A stretch of 60,723 nucleotides of DNA from a virus. Taxonomy: Duplodnaviria > Caudoviricetes. The stretch spans positions 1 through 60,723 of IMG/VR virus record IMGVR_UViG_3300027963_000084. The stretch is one strand, 5' to 3'. Positions within the stretch are counted from its first letter, which is position 1. The number at the start of each line of letters is the position of its first letter. Below, piece after piece: positions 18,794-27,598 of this stretch. A model generated the notes under the pieces. The model saw only the letters and a list, made by a program, of their open reading frames with translations. It searched no databases and was not told where the DNA came from. The translations under genes and the position numbers were made by a program.

Positions 18794-18821
18794 ATTGTAC
18801 AGTATTACTTACCTGTTGCAA
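18794..18821 (-). promoter_or_regulatory. Candidate sigma70-type promoter
   Basis: TTGCAA-16 bp-TACAAT upstream of the glycosyltransferase/terminase genes. Confidence 0.45.
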
Positions 18822-19497
18822 ACGGATTTGCTTGGGTATACGGATTACTCCAACCGCTCTTCACCATCTTGCCAGCGGTGTCCCACATAGACCGAATGTC
18901 GTAGCTGGGAGGAGGAGCGTTTGAGATTGGAGATACGCCGCTCTGGTAGCGAGAGAGACGGTCGTTCAGCTGTGAGATGAATGCATCTCTGCGGGCATAG
19001 TCTGGGCTTGCGCTCGTTGCGCCACTGAAGTCAGTCGCTTGCTGGGTGAACGCATCTGGGCGATATCCCTGCTGAGCGTAGGAGTAGTTCCCCGCATCGC
19101 TGTTGCCCATCAACACCGGAGCCGCCTGTGGCTGGCCGTCGAACCGCAGTTGCTGGCGATAATGTGTCCCAGGTGCAGAGTATGACACTGCTGGCGTGTA
19201 CTGCCCTGTGGACGGGGTGGGGAAGTCTTGGCGGGACTGATTCCACGCCTGAGTCCACGTTTGATTGCTAGGAGTCGGAGCGGTGGACGCTGGCACTTGC
19301 GTCACTGGACCGTAATTCGCATAGCCGTAATTCTTCATTAGCTCCGCTGGGTTAAACGGAGACTTTGCCGTTTGGTATGCCTGCTTGTATTCGCCGGAAG
19401 TATTTGTTGCGGGCGGTTTGTATTGCGCTGGGGGTTGTTTGTATTGACCCGTCCGCTCATCAAAGTTTGGACTTCCGCCCGCGTACACTGTGCCCAT
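18805..19497 (-). CDS. Hypothetical Q/P/Y-rich protein
   Basis: 230 aa ORF; start overlaps the upstream stop (TAATG). Confidence 0.7.
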   Translation of the reverse strand: MGTVYAGGSPNFDERTGQYKQPPAQYKPPATNTSGEYKQAYQTAKSPFNPAELMKNYGYANYGPVTQVPASTAPTPSNQTWTQAWNQSRQDFPTPSTGQYTPAVSYSAPGTHYRQQLRFDGQPQAAPVLMGNSDAGNYSYAQQGYRPDAFTQQATDFSGATSASPDYARRDAFISQLNDRLSRYQSGVSPISNAPPPSYDIRSMWDTAGKMVKSGWSNPYTQANPFATGK

Positions 19498-19652
19498 TAG
19501 CGATCTCCCTGTTGCGCCGTTAAACCGTCAGTGCCCATGCCGGTGCCATAGAGCATCCGCAGCCGATCTGCATCTTCCTGCGGGAGCGATCTGATTTCCG
19601 CAATCAGTTGCCGCAAGAAGTCCAAGTTCTGAATTGCTGGTGGTTGGTCCAT
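19497..19652 (-). CDS. Small hypothetical protein (51 aa)
   Basis: Below the track cutoff: MDQPPAIQNLDFLRQLIAEIRSL...GDR*; TAATG-coupled to the next gene. Confidence 0.6.
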   Translation of the reverse strand: MDQPPAIQNLDFLRQLIAEIRSLPQEDADRLRMLYGTGMGTDGLTAQQGDR

Positions 19653-19693
19653 ATAAGAAAACGGGGCCAGGATGCGTTCACACCCTGGCCCCG
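19653..19693 (-). terminator. Rho-independent terminator after the capsid genes
   Basis: 10-bp stem CGGGGCCAGG/CCTGGCCCCG followed by TTTTCTTAT on the minus strand. Confidence 0.75.
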
Positions 19694-19718
19694 CCCCCGA
19701 AAGCCCGTTAGGGCAGTA

Positions 19719-20336
19719 TTACGAGGCCCGCGTCCGAACCAGAGCGAGAACCGCCGAGCCGGTGGTCGCACCGGACGAGGCCGCAAAGGCAATGACACCG
19801 ATGCCGTTGTCGTTCGCAGCAGCAGTGCTGGACGACAGCGGAGACACCGTGACCCGTCCCGCCGTGGTGGCACCACTGGTCGCAGCCGTCACCACCGACA
19901 GACGATCCCGAACCGCAACGTCCGACCCCGAGAGGGCAACAGCCACCTCAGTGGGACCGTCAACGGTCACCCAGAACACGTCGTTGGAAACAACGCCAGC
20001 GGCTGGCAGGAACTCATCGACAACGCCGCAGAGCGCCTCGTTGGCCACGGCAGCGTAGCCATCGGCGGCACCCCACAGCACCGCGCCCGAACCAGCCAGA
20101 CGCACAACCCGCTTGGGCAGGAGGGCGGCACCGGAAGTGTTGCGGACGGCGATGCACACCTTACGGCGATTACTGCGGACCTTGCCGGTGGTGGGGTCCA
20201 CGTCGGTGAACTCCTTCACACAGCCAACCCAGTTGTCGCCATACGAACCAGACGAAATACCATACATACTGTCGTTAGGATTGGTCACACCAAGAGTCTG
20301 ACCAAGACCGAACGGAGGATCAACTTGCAGTCCCAT
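19719..20336 (-). CDS. Putative capsid decoration/cement protein
   Basis: A/G/V-rich beta-type protein directly after the major capsid gene and before the terminator; strong RBS. Confidence 0.6.
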   Translation of the reverse strand: MGLQVDPPFGLGQTLGVTNPNDSMYGISSGSYGDNWVGCVKEFTDVDPTTGKVRSNRRKVCIAVRNTSGAALLPKRVVRLAGSGAVLWGAADGYAAVANEALCGVVDEFLPAAGVVSNDVFWVTVDGPTEVAVALSGSDVAVRDRLSVVTAATSGATTAGRVTVSPLSSSTAAANDNGIGVIAFAASSGATTGSAVLALVRTRAS

Positions 20337-20354
20337 TTTTAGTAGAAACCTTTC

Positions 20355-21464
20355 TCAGGCAAGGGAGGTGAGTTTGAAGAAGTTACGCGGCGACTTAAAC
20401 TTAAGGTTGCCGAGCGTTGACACCACGTAGCGATATTGCTGCGTGATTTCGTCATAGAATGGACCCTCGCTATTCAGCAGCTGGCCTTCCATGCAGAGAA
20501 GCTCCATGTTCCCAATTGCCAAGCCGTATCCGGTGTTGGCGGGAATAGAATTTTCCCCCGAAATTTCGACGCCGTCCAACTCAAACACGTCCGTAAAACC
20601 GTAGGAACGAAGGCCGTTCGCACGGCTTACAAGGACGCGCTCCTTGGAGTCCAGCGTGTTCATAAAGTCGATGAACAGACGGCGGTCCAGCAGTACCATG
20701 TCGATCTGATCCTCTTGCGAATCATTTCGGCGGGTCTGATGGATCGCCTCACGGACTGCCTTGGTGCAGTTGTCCTTCCACGTCGAACCACCGAAGTAGG
20801 TCGAAGTGTAGTTACAAACCACCGGAGAGAAGAAATCCAGTTCCGGGTCCGCGTAGCCGTTGGGCCACACGCCCGTGGTCTGCGAACCGCCATAGGCACC
20901 AAGCACGGTCGAAATACCGGCATAGGTGTCGTTGGGATAACCAAACGGATCGGCGGCATTCGCAGTGCGCTGCGCACCCGTGCTGACGTTCACCGTGCCG
21001 TTGGTCGCCATAAACGACTCCAGGCCGTGGAACCGAAGCTCGTTGCCAGAAGCGTAACCATCGACGGTCCATTCCTTTGCGAGGTACTGCTCCATGCTCG
21101 TCAGGAGACGGCTGGCCATTTTACCTGCGACGTTAACAAGAGCCTGAGCGCTGCGATTTTCCAGCATCTCCTTCTTGTAGATAGCGTCGGTCACCTGTGC
21201 GCCCCGAAATTCTAACTCGGCTCGCTTCCAGAGGTTCTGACGTGCGAAGGTACGCGGAGTTTCTCCGTTGTTACCACTCGGCGTATGATTTCTGTACTGT
21301 AACTCCCAATCAAAACCCCGGCCAGACATGTTAGTACGGACCTGACCGGAACCTTCCAGCGCGGCAAAGACCTTGTACTTACGGAGCGAGGCAATCTCCT
21401 CTTCCCGCAAATGATTTACAATCGTAGTAGCAATACTACGCGCCCAATCTGTACTACTGCTCAT
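20355..21464 (-). CDS. Major capsid protein
   Basis: ~369 aa after the scaffold-like gene; FHGLES and GF..FELDGVEI..E..IPANTGYGL motifs typical of HK97-fold coats. Confidence 0.85.
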   Translation of the reverse strand: MSSSTDWARSIATTIVNHLREEEIASLRKYKVFAALEGSGQVRTNMSGRGFDWELQYRNHTPSGNNGETPRTFARQNLWKRAELEFRGAQVTDAIYKKEMLENRSAQALVNVAGKMASRLLTSMEQYLAKEWTVDGYASGNELRFHGLESFMATNGTVNVSTGAQRTANAADPFGYPNDTYAGISTVLGAYGGSQTTGVWPNGYADPELDFFSPVVCNYTSTYFGGSTWKDNCTKAVREAIHQTRRNDSQEDQIDMVLLDRRLFIDFMNTLDSKERVLVSRANGLRSYGFTDVFELDGVEISGENSIPANTGYGLAIGNMELLCMEGQLLNSEGPFYDEITQQYRYVVSTLGNLKFKSPRNFFKLTSLA

Positions 21465-22492
21465 CAAATTACTCCATCATTTACAAGTTGGCTTTTCAGC
21501 CGGTCCTCAAAACTCATCCGCGAGCGCGGTGCGCGCGGTTCCGTGGTTCCTGCAGATCGATTCGGAGTGCGAGTGGCTCGCTCTCTGAGGAACTGCATGT
21601 TCTGCTGCGCAACTGGGTCTGCCGGTGGGGCAGGAGGGGCAGGGGGTGCGAATGCTTGGGGGGCAGGCGGCTGCATCTGAACCTGCTGCATCTGCTGATA
21701 CCGCATGTTCAGCAAGTCCCGCTGAAGCATCCCGGTGGCGTACTGCCAGCGAGCCTCGGGGGTTCCGATGCCCAGCTTCGACGCCTGGTCGATGTACTGC
21801 GAGATAGCCTGACCTTCCCGGGTGGGATTGCCCTGCTGGTCGTACAGCCAATCGGAGTTCTGACGCTCCAGATCCTGCACGTAGTTCTGCGTCTTGTAGG
21901 TATTGAGATGGTTCTGGACCATCTCCTGCGCCTTCTGGATGGCGACCTGCTCAACGAAGGGCTTTAGCGTTGCTTCGGGGTCGGTGACCAGCTTGCGGGC
22001 GAAGTCCGCCGTGTAAGCCTGGTATTCCCTCAGAGACTGCTGAGCCTCATACGGAGCGTCAGGAGAAATGATCTCCTTGCCCGTGGAGGGATCGCGGACG
22101 ATGTAGTTCCGCCAAGTGTCTTTGACCTGGGGAGGGTTCCACCACTTCGGAGCTTCTGGCTCTTTCGGCTTGGCCGCTTCGGCCTGTGACTTCTTCCACG
22201 TCTCAAATTCCCTCTGGTTGCGCAGGTATTCCTGTGCGTAGGGAACGACTGACTGGTACTGCTGCAGCTGCCGCTGGGTTTCACCGTAGCCGTTGTAAGC
22301 ACGGTAAAGGTTCTGGGCGATTGAGAGATCGTCCTGACCCTGGAAGTCCGGCAGATGGCGGAATGCAGAGTAGGGGGTGTCAAACCCAGGAGAAGAACTC
22401 TCTGAACTGGGCGTACTCTCAGCGGGTGCTTCGTAGCTTGTATCAGCTACTGGAGCGTCCTGCGTCTGAATGTCTGGTGTTTCGTCTGACAT
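21464..22492 (-). CDS. Capsid scaffolding protein
   Basis: Acidic disordered N-terminus, Q/E-rich coiled coil and Pro linker; directly upstream of the capsid gene. Confidence 0.7.
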   Translation of the reverse strand: MSDETPDIQTQDAPVADTSYEAPAESTPSSESSSPGFDTPYSAFRHLPDFQGQDDLSIAQNLYRAYNGYGETQRQLQQYQSVVPYAQEYLRNQREFETWKKSQAEAAKPKEPEAPKWWNPPQVKDTWRNYIVRDPSTGKEIISPDAPYEAQQSLREYQAYTADFARKLVTDPEATLKPFVEQVAIQKAQEMVQNHLNTYKTQNYVQDLERQNSDWLYDQQGNPTREGQAISQYIDQASKLGIGTPEARWQYATGMLQRDLLNMRYQQMQQVQMQPPAPQAFAPPAPPAPPADPVAQQNMQFLRERATRTPNRSAGTTEPRAPRSRMSFEDRLKSQLVNDGVI

Positions 22493-22515
22493 GTAAATCC
22501 TTTCGGGGGAAGGGT

Positions 22516-22532
22516 CTACATAGTCAGTGTCC
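22516..22532 (-). promoter_or_regulatory. Candidate late-promoter motif GGACACTGACTATGTAG
   Basis: Intergenic, upstream of the scaffold-capsid operon. Confidence 0.55.
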
Positions 22533-22565
22533 TAATCTTCGGGTTTTGTTACGGTCTTGCGTCAA

Positions 22566-23432
22566 TCAGTTCCCGCAGTAGCCTTCGCACTCATCTTGGA
22601 ACCCACTGAAAAGATGCTTCTGCCCGCTCTTCTCGTCAGCCGGTCGAAGGTCTACCTGACCAAGAGGCTGACAGGATTTGTGCAAATACCTGTGGGCGTC
22701 TAAGCCCGTTCCCGTGCGGCACACTGTGTCAATGTGCAATGCCCGCTGCCAGCCTTTCGGGTCTTCGTCCCGCAACTGTCTCCATTCAGAGTCGGATTTG
22801 AACGGACAAAACACGCACGCGGATCGCGGAACTTCATACGGCATTCTGCCGCGTAGATATGATTGGCAATCGCCTCGCGTGTACTGCATCTCCCAGAGCG
22901 GGAAATGCACCTTCCAGTTCGATGGCTTGCATAGGAACCTTTCTTTCACGCGGATAACACGTTTGGGTTCGTCAAACGACAGACCCATGTATTGGTGGAT
23001 GATGATGTCTTTTGGAACCGGCCTGCCTGGCTGCGCACCAACACTGGCCCGGATCATCTTGTCGATTGGCTTTACTTTGAAGTCTGCCGTGCATTGACGC
23101 TGAATGATTACCCTGTCACCCGTATGAGGATTCATCGTAAACGCTGGGATCGAAATGTAGTGCCCGCCATCGGTTCGTTGGTTGCCACTGGCATCTGAGC
23201 CTGCCTCCAAGGCATCTCCGAGTTTGCCAGCAGTTGTCCGAATAATCTGCGGCCCGCCTTGGCTCTCCAGCCACTCCAGATGGCGATAGACTTCGTCCGG
23301 CTCCTCCTGCACGTCTGCGAAGATTGCAGCATCAAACTTTGGCACCTCCGGTTCGTCGCCGTCAATGCTCATCAGGTAAAGCGCAGTAGACTGGACGCCT
23401 GCACCGAGATTTAGAAAGTGATGCTCAGGCAT
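22566..23432 (-). CDS. PAPS reductase-like (PP-loop) Fe-S protein
   Basis: LGAGVQS loop, IFAD, RQCTADFKVKPI, RSACVFCPF and C-terminal CEGYC. Confidence 0.8.
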   Translation of the reverse strand: MPEHHFLNLGAGVQSTALYLMSIDGDEPEVPKFDAAIFADVQEEPDEVYRHLEWLESQGGPQIIRTTAGKLGDALEAGSDASGNQRTDGGHYISIPAFTMNPHTGDRVIIQRQCTADFKVKPIDKMIRASVGAQPGRPVPKDIIIHQYMGLSFDEPKRVIRVKERFLCKPSNWKVHFPLWEMQYTRGDCQSYLRGRMPYEVPRSACVFCPFKSDSEWRQLRDEDPKGWQRALHIDTVCRTGTGLDAHRYLHKSCQPLGQVDLRPADEKSGQKHLFSGFQDECEGYCGN

Positions 23433-23781
23433 TGGTATTTCTCCAAGTTGTCATGCCATGCACATCCACCACCATGTATGTCTTCTGGCCTAGCTCGCGG
23501 CAAAGAAGATCGCCCATAGCGTCAACGAGAGACAGGAGCGCATTGGCGTCTGTCGGAAACTTTGGGTAATTGCGAAAGCCGATTACAAACCCGGCCTCCT
23601 CGCCTCCTGGGTAAATAAACGCGGTCTGCACAACAGAAACGCAACATTTTTTGTCGCGGCAAAAGGGGCGGACTAGTTGCTTGGCGTGGCCGATATCGCC
23701 AGCCATAAACAACTCCACAACGCGAGTCGGGGCGTGCAGGGAATTCTCAGACTTAGGGAAGGTGCGTGCGTTTCCGTACAT
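23425..23781 (-). CDS. Hypothetical protein
   Basis: AGGAG RBS; overlaps the start of the PAPS-reductase-like gene. Confidence 0.75.
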   Translation of the reverse strand: MYGNARTFPKSENSLHAPTRVVELFMAGDIGHAKQLVRPFCRDKKCCVSVVQTAFIYPGGEEAGFVIGFRNYPKFPTDANALLSLVDAMGDLLCRELGQKTYMVVDVHGMTTWRNTNA

Positions 23782-23803
23782 AGGGCGCTCCTAGTGATGC
23801 ACA

Positions 23804-23832
23804 AATGTACACAACTGGCGGGGCTTTGTCAA
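23804..23832 (-). promoter_or_regulatory. Sigma70-type promoter
   Basis: TTGACA-17 bp-TACATT, just upstream of gene 23781. Confidence 0.75.
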
Positions 23833-24386
23833 CGCAAACGCCGGATCAATTCATCGGCATTTATGACACGCATGCCTACTGGAGATGGTTGGCGATATCG
23901 GGCGCGGAGTGCTTGGCGATCCTCAAACAGCCCTTTAGCCAAATTAAATACATCTTCTTCTGGCGGTTGAATTGGGGTCGGGTATCTTGCCGTGCCGTCC
24001 TCGGCTATTGAGCGAAGGTTTGCCACCAACGAACCGCGATCAGCAAACATGTTTGGATTTTGCACATACTCGCCATACCTGGCCACCATGGAAGGAGCGA
24101 CCCCAGTAGCGGCATCGTCTATCGCGTGACCTTGGGACAACTCAGACCAATTGTCGCCAACATCCGTCAACGCATCGTCCATCTTCTCTTGCCAAGCGGC
24201 CAGGCGGGCATCCCACTGTTCAGCACGCGAGTTGCCGGATGCATAGGCGTTGTCAATCTTTTGGGCGATCCGTGCGTGTTGCGTTGCTCGCGGGCTTATG
24301 TGCGGCGACTCAGCCTCTTTCGCTAACCTAATGACTTGTCGGACGGCATCTCCTGCTTGGTCAGCGAACCGGACGGGATTGGGCAT
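23829..24386 (-). CDS. Hypothetical protein with MPNPVRFxDQAGDA leader
   Basis: First 19 aa nearly identical to those of 24420..25046. Confidence 0.75.
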   Translation of the reverse strand: MPNPVRFADQAGDAVRQVIRLAKEAESPHISPRATQHARIAQKIDNAYASGNSRAEQWDARLAAWQEKMDDALTDVGDNWSELSQGHAIDDAATGVAPSMVARYGEYVQNPNMFADRGSLVANLRSIAEDGTARYPTPIQPPEEDVFNLAKGLFEDRQALRARYRQPSPVGMRVINADELIRRLR

Positions 24387-24419
24387 TGCTGTTCCTGTGG
24401 TTACGGTGATGGTTGTTCG

Positions 24420-25046
24420 CTACTCTGATCCGTATTGATAAGCCGCAACACCCGCACCCACGCCCGCCGCTGCGGCAGCGAGTGGGTTGTCGCGCACCGC
24501 CCGCGCTGCTGCTTGCACCGGCATGGCTATTGAATACGCCAAAGGATCGTTGGACCTGTACGATTGCATGGGCCAATCCAGCAATGCTCCTGGCTGACGC
24601 TGGGCAAGCCTTGCCAGAAGCTCGTCCGCAAAAGAACTTGGTCCTGCACCGCGTGCCCAAGTCGGCAAGGCATTGGCAACCGATGGATCGGTGCGAGCCA
24701 CATGCGATATGCCGTGCATTATCTCATGCCTTCTCGCACCCCGATTCCCGGGCAAGTAGAGCGCCATAGATCGCTTCAGCCCCAGTTCTGGCACCGGGGC
24801 ACCTGCAGACAGAGGGCTGCGGTAATACGTGCCGGACAGACCGTCGCCGTTTGCAAAGCGAAGAAACGCCTGCGCGGGAACTTTTCCAGATTCCACATTA
24901 TCCAAACTTGCCGGTCGGACATCGAACTGGCGTCGGGCGGCAAGCATTGATTGGAAGCGGCTGGGTTGATCACTGGCACGCATGCCACCAATCACCGCGC
25001 GAATCGCATCGCCTGCTTGGTCAACGAACCGGACTGGATTTGGCAT
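24420..25046 (-). CDS. HExxH metallopeptidase-like protein with MPNPVRFxDQAGDA leader
   Basis: RRHEIMHGISH with downstream DELLAR; GGAGG RBS. Confidence 0.6.
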   Translation of the reverse strand: MPNPVRFVDQAGDAIRAVIGGMRASDQPSRFQSMLAARRQFDVRPASLDNVESGKVPAQAFLRFANGDGLSGTYYRSPLSAGAPVPELGLKRSMALYLPGNRGARRHEIMHGISHVARTDPSVANALPTWARGAGPSSFADELLARLAQRQPGALLDWPMQSYRSNDPLAYSIAMPVQAAARAVRDNPLAAAAAGVGAGVAAYQYGSE

Positions 25047-25929
25047 AGCCGTTCCTCCGTGCTTTCTCCATGGCTTGGCGTTCTAGGTACTCGCTGGAAC
25101 CAAGGAATGCGCCGGGAAGTGCCGCCTCAGAAGCCATGTGCCCCGCAGCCCGACGGATCTGTCCCTTCAGCAATGCTCTGATGCCAGAAGTGAATCCAGA
25201 CACGGGATCGGTGGCGATGTCGATGCCTAGACCAAGAACCTTCCCTGCGGTTCCGTGGACACCCATCTCTCCTGCGACCTGCCTGCCATCGGTCAGCCCC
25301 TGCATGGCGTATGCTTCGTAGGGAGAAGGCGTTGGGAGAACTCTTGCGCCGTTCTGCTTGGGTTGCGTAGCGAACCCAAGGTCTACGATGGGCTTGTTCT
25401 CTTCTGCGACTCGCTCTGCTTCCCACGCGGTCTGATGGTCGTTACCGCCATGCATCATTGCGAATGGAATACCAAGCAACGCACGGTCTGCCGACTTCTC
25501 AAAGTCCGCATCGGCATCGGGCACCCCGGCCACCATGCGAGCGGCGTTGAGTCCTGTAGAAGAAATAGACTGCATCCAGTCGGTTCCGTTACGCAGGGGC
25601 TGGCCGTAGGCAAGGACTCCCCGGTTCCAGTAGGGAGTGGCCTGTTCTTGGCGGCGCTCCACGGCATTACGCAGGGATGGGTGGATGGATTGTTCGTATT
25701 CCAATCCCCTGCCTTCCTGCACCATCTTGTCTCGCATATTGGCGACCTTGCCCAAGAACGATGCCCGCTGCATGTCCCGCTCATAGTGCGGCTGTGTTTT
25801 GACTTGGTACGCCAAGATGCCAGGGTGATTTATGGCAAGAGACATGTAGCCGGGAAGCTGGTGCTTCTCCTGGGATGCCTCTTTCTCATACTGCTGTAGT
25901 TCCCCAATCAGATCCCGTATCTCAGCCAT
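25021..25929 (-). CDS. Hypothetical protein, possibly internal virion
   Basis: 302 aa; GLGIDIATDP segment resembles GLGAELLLDP in 51426..55091. Confidence 0.65.
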   Translation of the reverse strand: MAEIRDLIGELQQYEKEASQEKHQLPGYMSLAINHPGILAYQVKTQPHYERDMQRASFLGKVANMRDKMVQEGRGLEYEQSIHPSLRNAVERRQEQATPYWNRGVLAYGQPLRNGTDWMQSISSTGLNAARMVAGVPDADADFEKSADRALLGIPFAMMHGGNDHQTAWEAERVAEENKPIVDLGFATQPKQNGARVLPTPSPYEAYAMQGLTDGRQVAGEMGVHGTAGKVLGLGIDIATDPVSGFTSGIRALLKGQIRRAAGHMASEAALPGAFLGSSEYLERQAMEKARRNGYAKSSPVR

Positions 25930-26233
25930 GCTTTGCTCTCTCCAGTTTGGCCCGATAGCGGGCGCAGTCTTCCCTCACGTCGGGATTGAATCTTGTCCAA
26001 CTCATCAGATGTCCATGGACAAAGTGACAATGATCCGCACACAGCGTGACCAGATTAGCGGGGTCCAATTCCAATCCGGGGTCTTTGCTGTAGGGGACAA
26101 TGTGATGGACCTCCAGATCCTTCGCTCGTCCGCAGGCCACGCACTCGGGTTCTTTGAGTAAGTGTTCCCGTCGCACTCGGGGCCACGCACCAGCGCGGAG
26201 TGCTTCGACGGCATAGGACAGCCAGCGGAACAT
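25922..26233 (-). CDS. Small HNH endonuclease
   Basis: CVACG...LEVHHIVP...NLVTLCADHCH; start MFRW overlaps the upstream stop. Confidence 0.9.
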   Translation of the reverse strand: MFRWLSYAVEALRAGAWPRVRREHLLKEPECVACGRAKDLEVHHIVPYSKDPGLELDPANLVTLCADHCHFVHGHLMSWTRFNPDVREDCARYRAKLERAKHG

Positions 26234-26502
26234 CAGCACTTCCACGCCCGTCTAGCTTTGCGCAATCGGCTATTCGGATCTTTCGCCGCCTCGGGCCACA
26301 TCTTCATTTGCCCTGCACTGCGGGCACAGAAAGAATCTCTGCGTGGTCCACCTTCCGGCTGCGGAGCTTGGAGGTGCGCCCCATGGGCGTGGTTGTAGGC
26401 CGCTCGCCCCTTGGCATTCAGCCCGCCGTCAGGGTCTTGCCCTTCCTTGCGGGTCCACGCATCGGCCTTCAGCTTACGAATCTTGTCGCCGTGGTGATCC
26501 AC
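26233..26502 (-). CDS. Conserved basic phage protein (DUF6321-like)
   Basis: AWTRKEGQDPDGGLNAKGRAAYN...RRDSFCARS...DPNSRL...WKC; probable GTG start giving MDHHGDKIRKLK. Confidence 0.7.
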   Translation of the reverse strand: MDHHGDKIRKLKADAWTRKEGQDPDGGLNAKGRAAYNHAHGAHLQAPQPEGGPRRDSFCARSAGQMKMWPEAAKDPNSRLRKARRAWKC

Positions 26503-26641
26503 TGAGCTTCTTCCATTGCTTGGAGTCTGGATACCCCTTGTCCCCGGGCTTGGCCGGTGCCTCGCCGCGCTCACGCTTGGCCTGGATGTTGGCCCACAGC
26601 CCCTTTTTCAATTCCCGAATCTTATGACCGTGATGGTCCAT
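26474..26641 (-). CDS. Small basic phage protein (55 aa)
   Basis: Below the track cutoff: MDHHGHKIRELKKGLWANIQAKRERGEAPAKPGDKGYPDSKQWKKL... Confidence 0.7.
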   Translation of the reverse strand: MDHHGHKIRELKKGLWANIQAKRERGEAPAKPGDKGYPDSKQWKKLSGSPRRQDS

Positions 26642-26679
26642 TACTCACACCAATCATCGTCAAAGAGGAAGTCAAACAT
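26641..26679 (-). CDS. Micro-ORF MFDFLFDDDWCE (12 aa)
   Basis: Start overlaps the upstream stop, and its TAA overlaps the next ATG. Confidence 0.4.
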   Translation of the reverse strand: MFDFLFDDDWCE

Positions 26680-27136
26680 CGACCCACTGTCCATTGATGA
26701 ACTGCCGCGTAGTAACACCAGAAGATAACTGCTTCTGGAGAATACGGTCCTTGTTACGTTCCTGCTGCTCTATGGCAAGCCTTTGCAGCAATCCCTCCTG
26801 CCGCATGGACTCCATGTCCCGCTCCTGCTGCATGCGCCGCATCTCCCGCTCTTGGGCTACGCGGGAGTCGTTTTCGTCCTGGTAGGCTTGGTTCACCTGC
26901 GCTGCCATGCCAGCTAGGTGCTGTCCTTGCTCTGCTGGACTCATAAGGCCACTCATCATCGGATGGGGTACTCCATAGGCTGGCATGTGGAACGGGCTTG
27001 TACGGGCCTGTGGTGCGCTCACAGGGGCATCTGGTGGCTCGGGGGCATTGAGATCCAGCTGGTTCTGCAGATACTCGGCCCGCTCTTCTGGGGTGAGCGT
27101 GGACAGATACTGGCGAAGCTGCGGATTGATCGGCAT
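26672..27136 (-). CDS. Hypothetical Q-rich protein, first gene of the late block
   Basis: 154 aa ORF with AGGGGG RBS. Confidence 0.75.
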   Translation of the reverse strand: MPINPQLRQYLSTLTPEERAEYLQNQLDLNAPEPPDAPVSAPQARTSPFHMPAYGVPHPMMSGLMSPAEQGQHLAGMAAQVNQAYQDENDSRVAQEREMRRMQQERDMESMRQEGLLQRLAIEQQERNKDRILQKQLSSGVTTRQFINGQWVDV

Positions 27137-27145
27137 CGATGCCCC

Positions 27146-27162
27146 CTATCTAGCCAGTGTCC
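27146..27162 (-). promoter_or_regulatory. Candidate late-promoter motif GGACACTGGCTAGATAG
   Basis: Directly upstream of the first late-block gene. Confidence 0.55.
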
Positions 27163-27551
27163 AATTGCGACAGCGGACACGCAGAGTGCAGGAAAACAGG
27201 GCTAAGCGAGCGGCGACACGCGGGGCTTTTGCGTTTTGCGAAATGCGAAACGCGGGAAAAGCGACATATGGGGGCCAGAGGGTGGGAAAAATCTGGGAGT
27301 GGGTATGACAAGAAACCGTTTTAGCGCCGGGGGGGAAGGGGGGCCTGGTGGACGGCTGTACACCGCTGCGACAAGCCGTAACCCCCTGCCGCTGCTAGAC
27401 TTACGTCACCCGTCCAGCACACTGGCCGGAAATGCCCCTACCTTACTTTTCCGACAGGTGGCTGTTTTCCCCGGAGATTTCTCGCCATGCATTACCCCTC
27501 CCCACTATCCACCCGTACACTGGCAATCCGTACACTATCCCCCCGGGAAAC

Positions 27552-27588
27552 AAAAAAGCCCCGCTCCCGGTTTCCCGGAAGCGGGGCT
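27552..27588 (-). terminator. Rho-independent terminator
   Basis: AGCCCCGCT...AGCGGGGCT stem followed by a T-run on the minus strand, 10 bp after stop 27599. Confidence 0.85.
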
Positions 27589-27598
27589 GATCGTCGGC

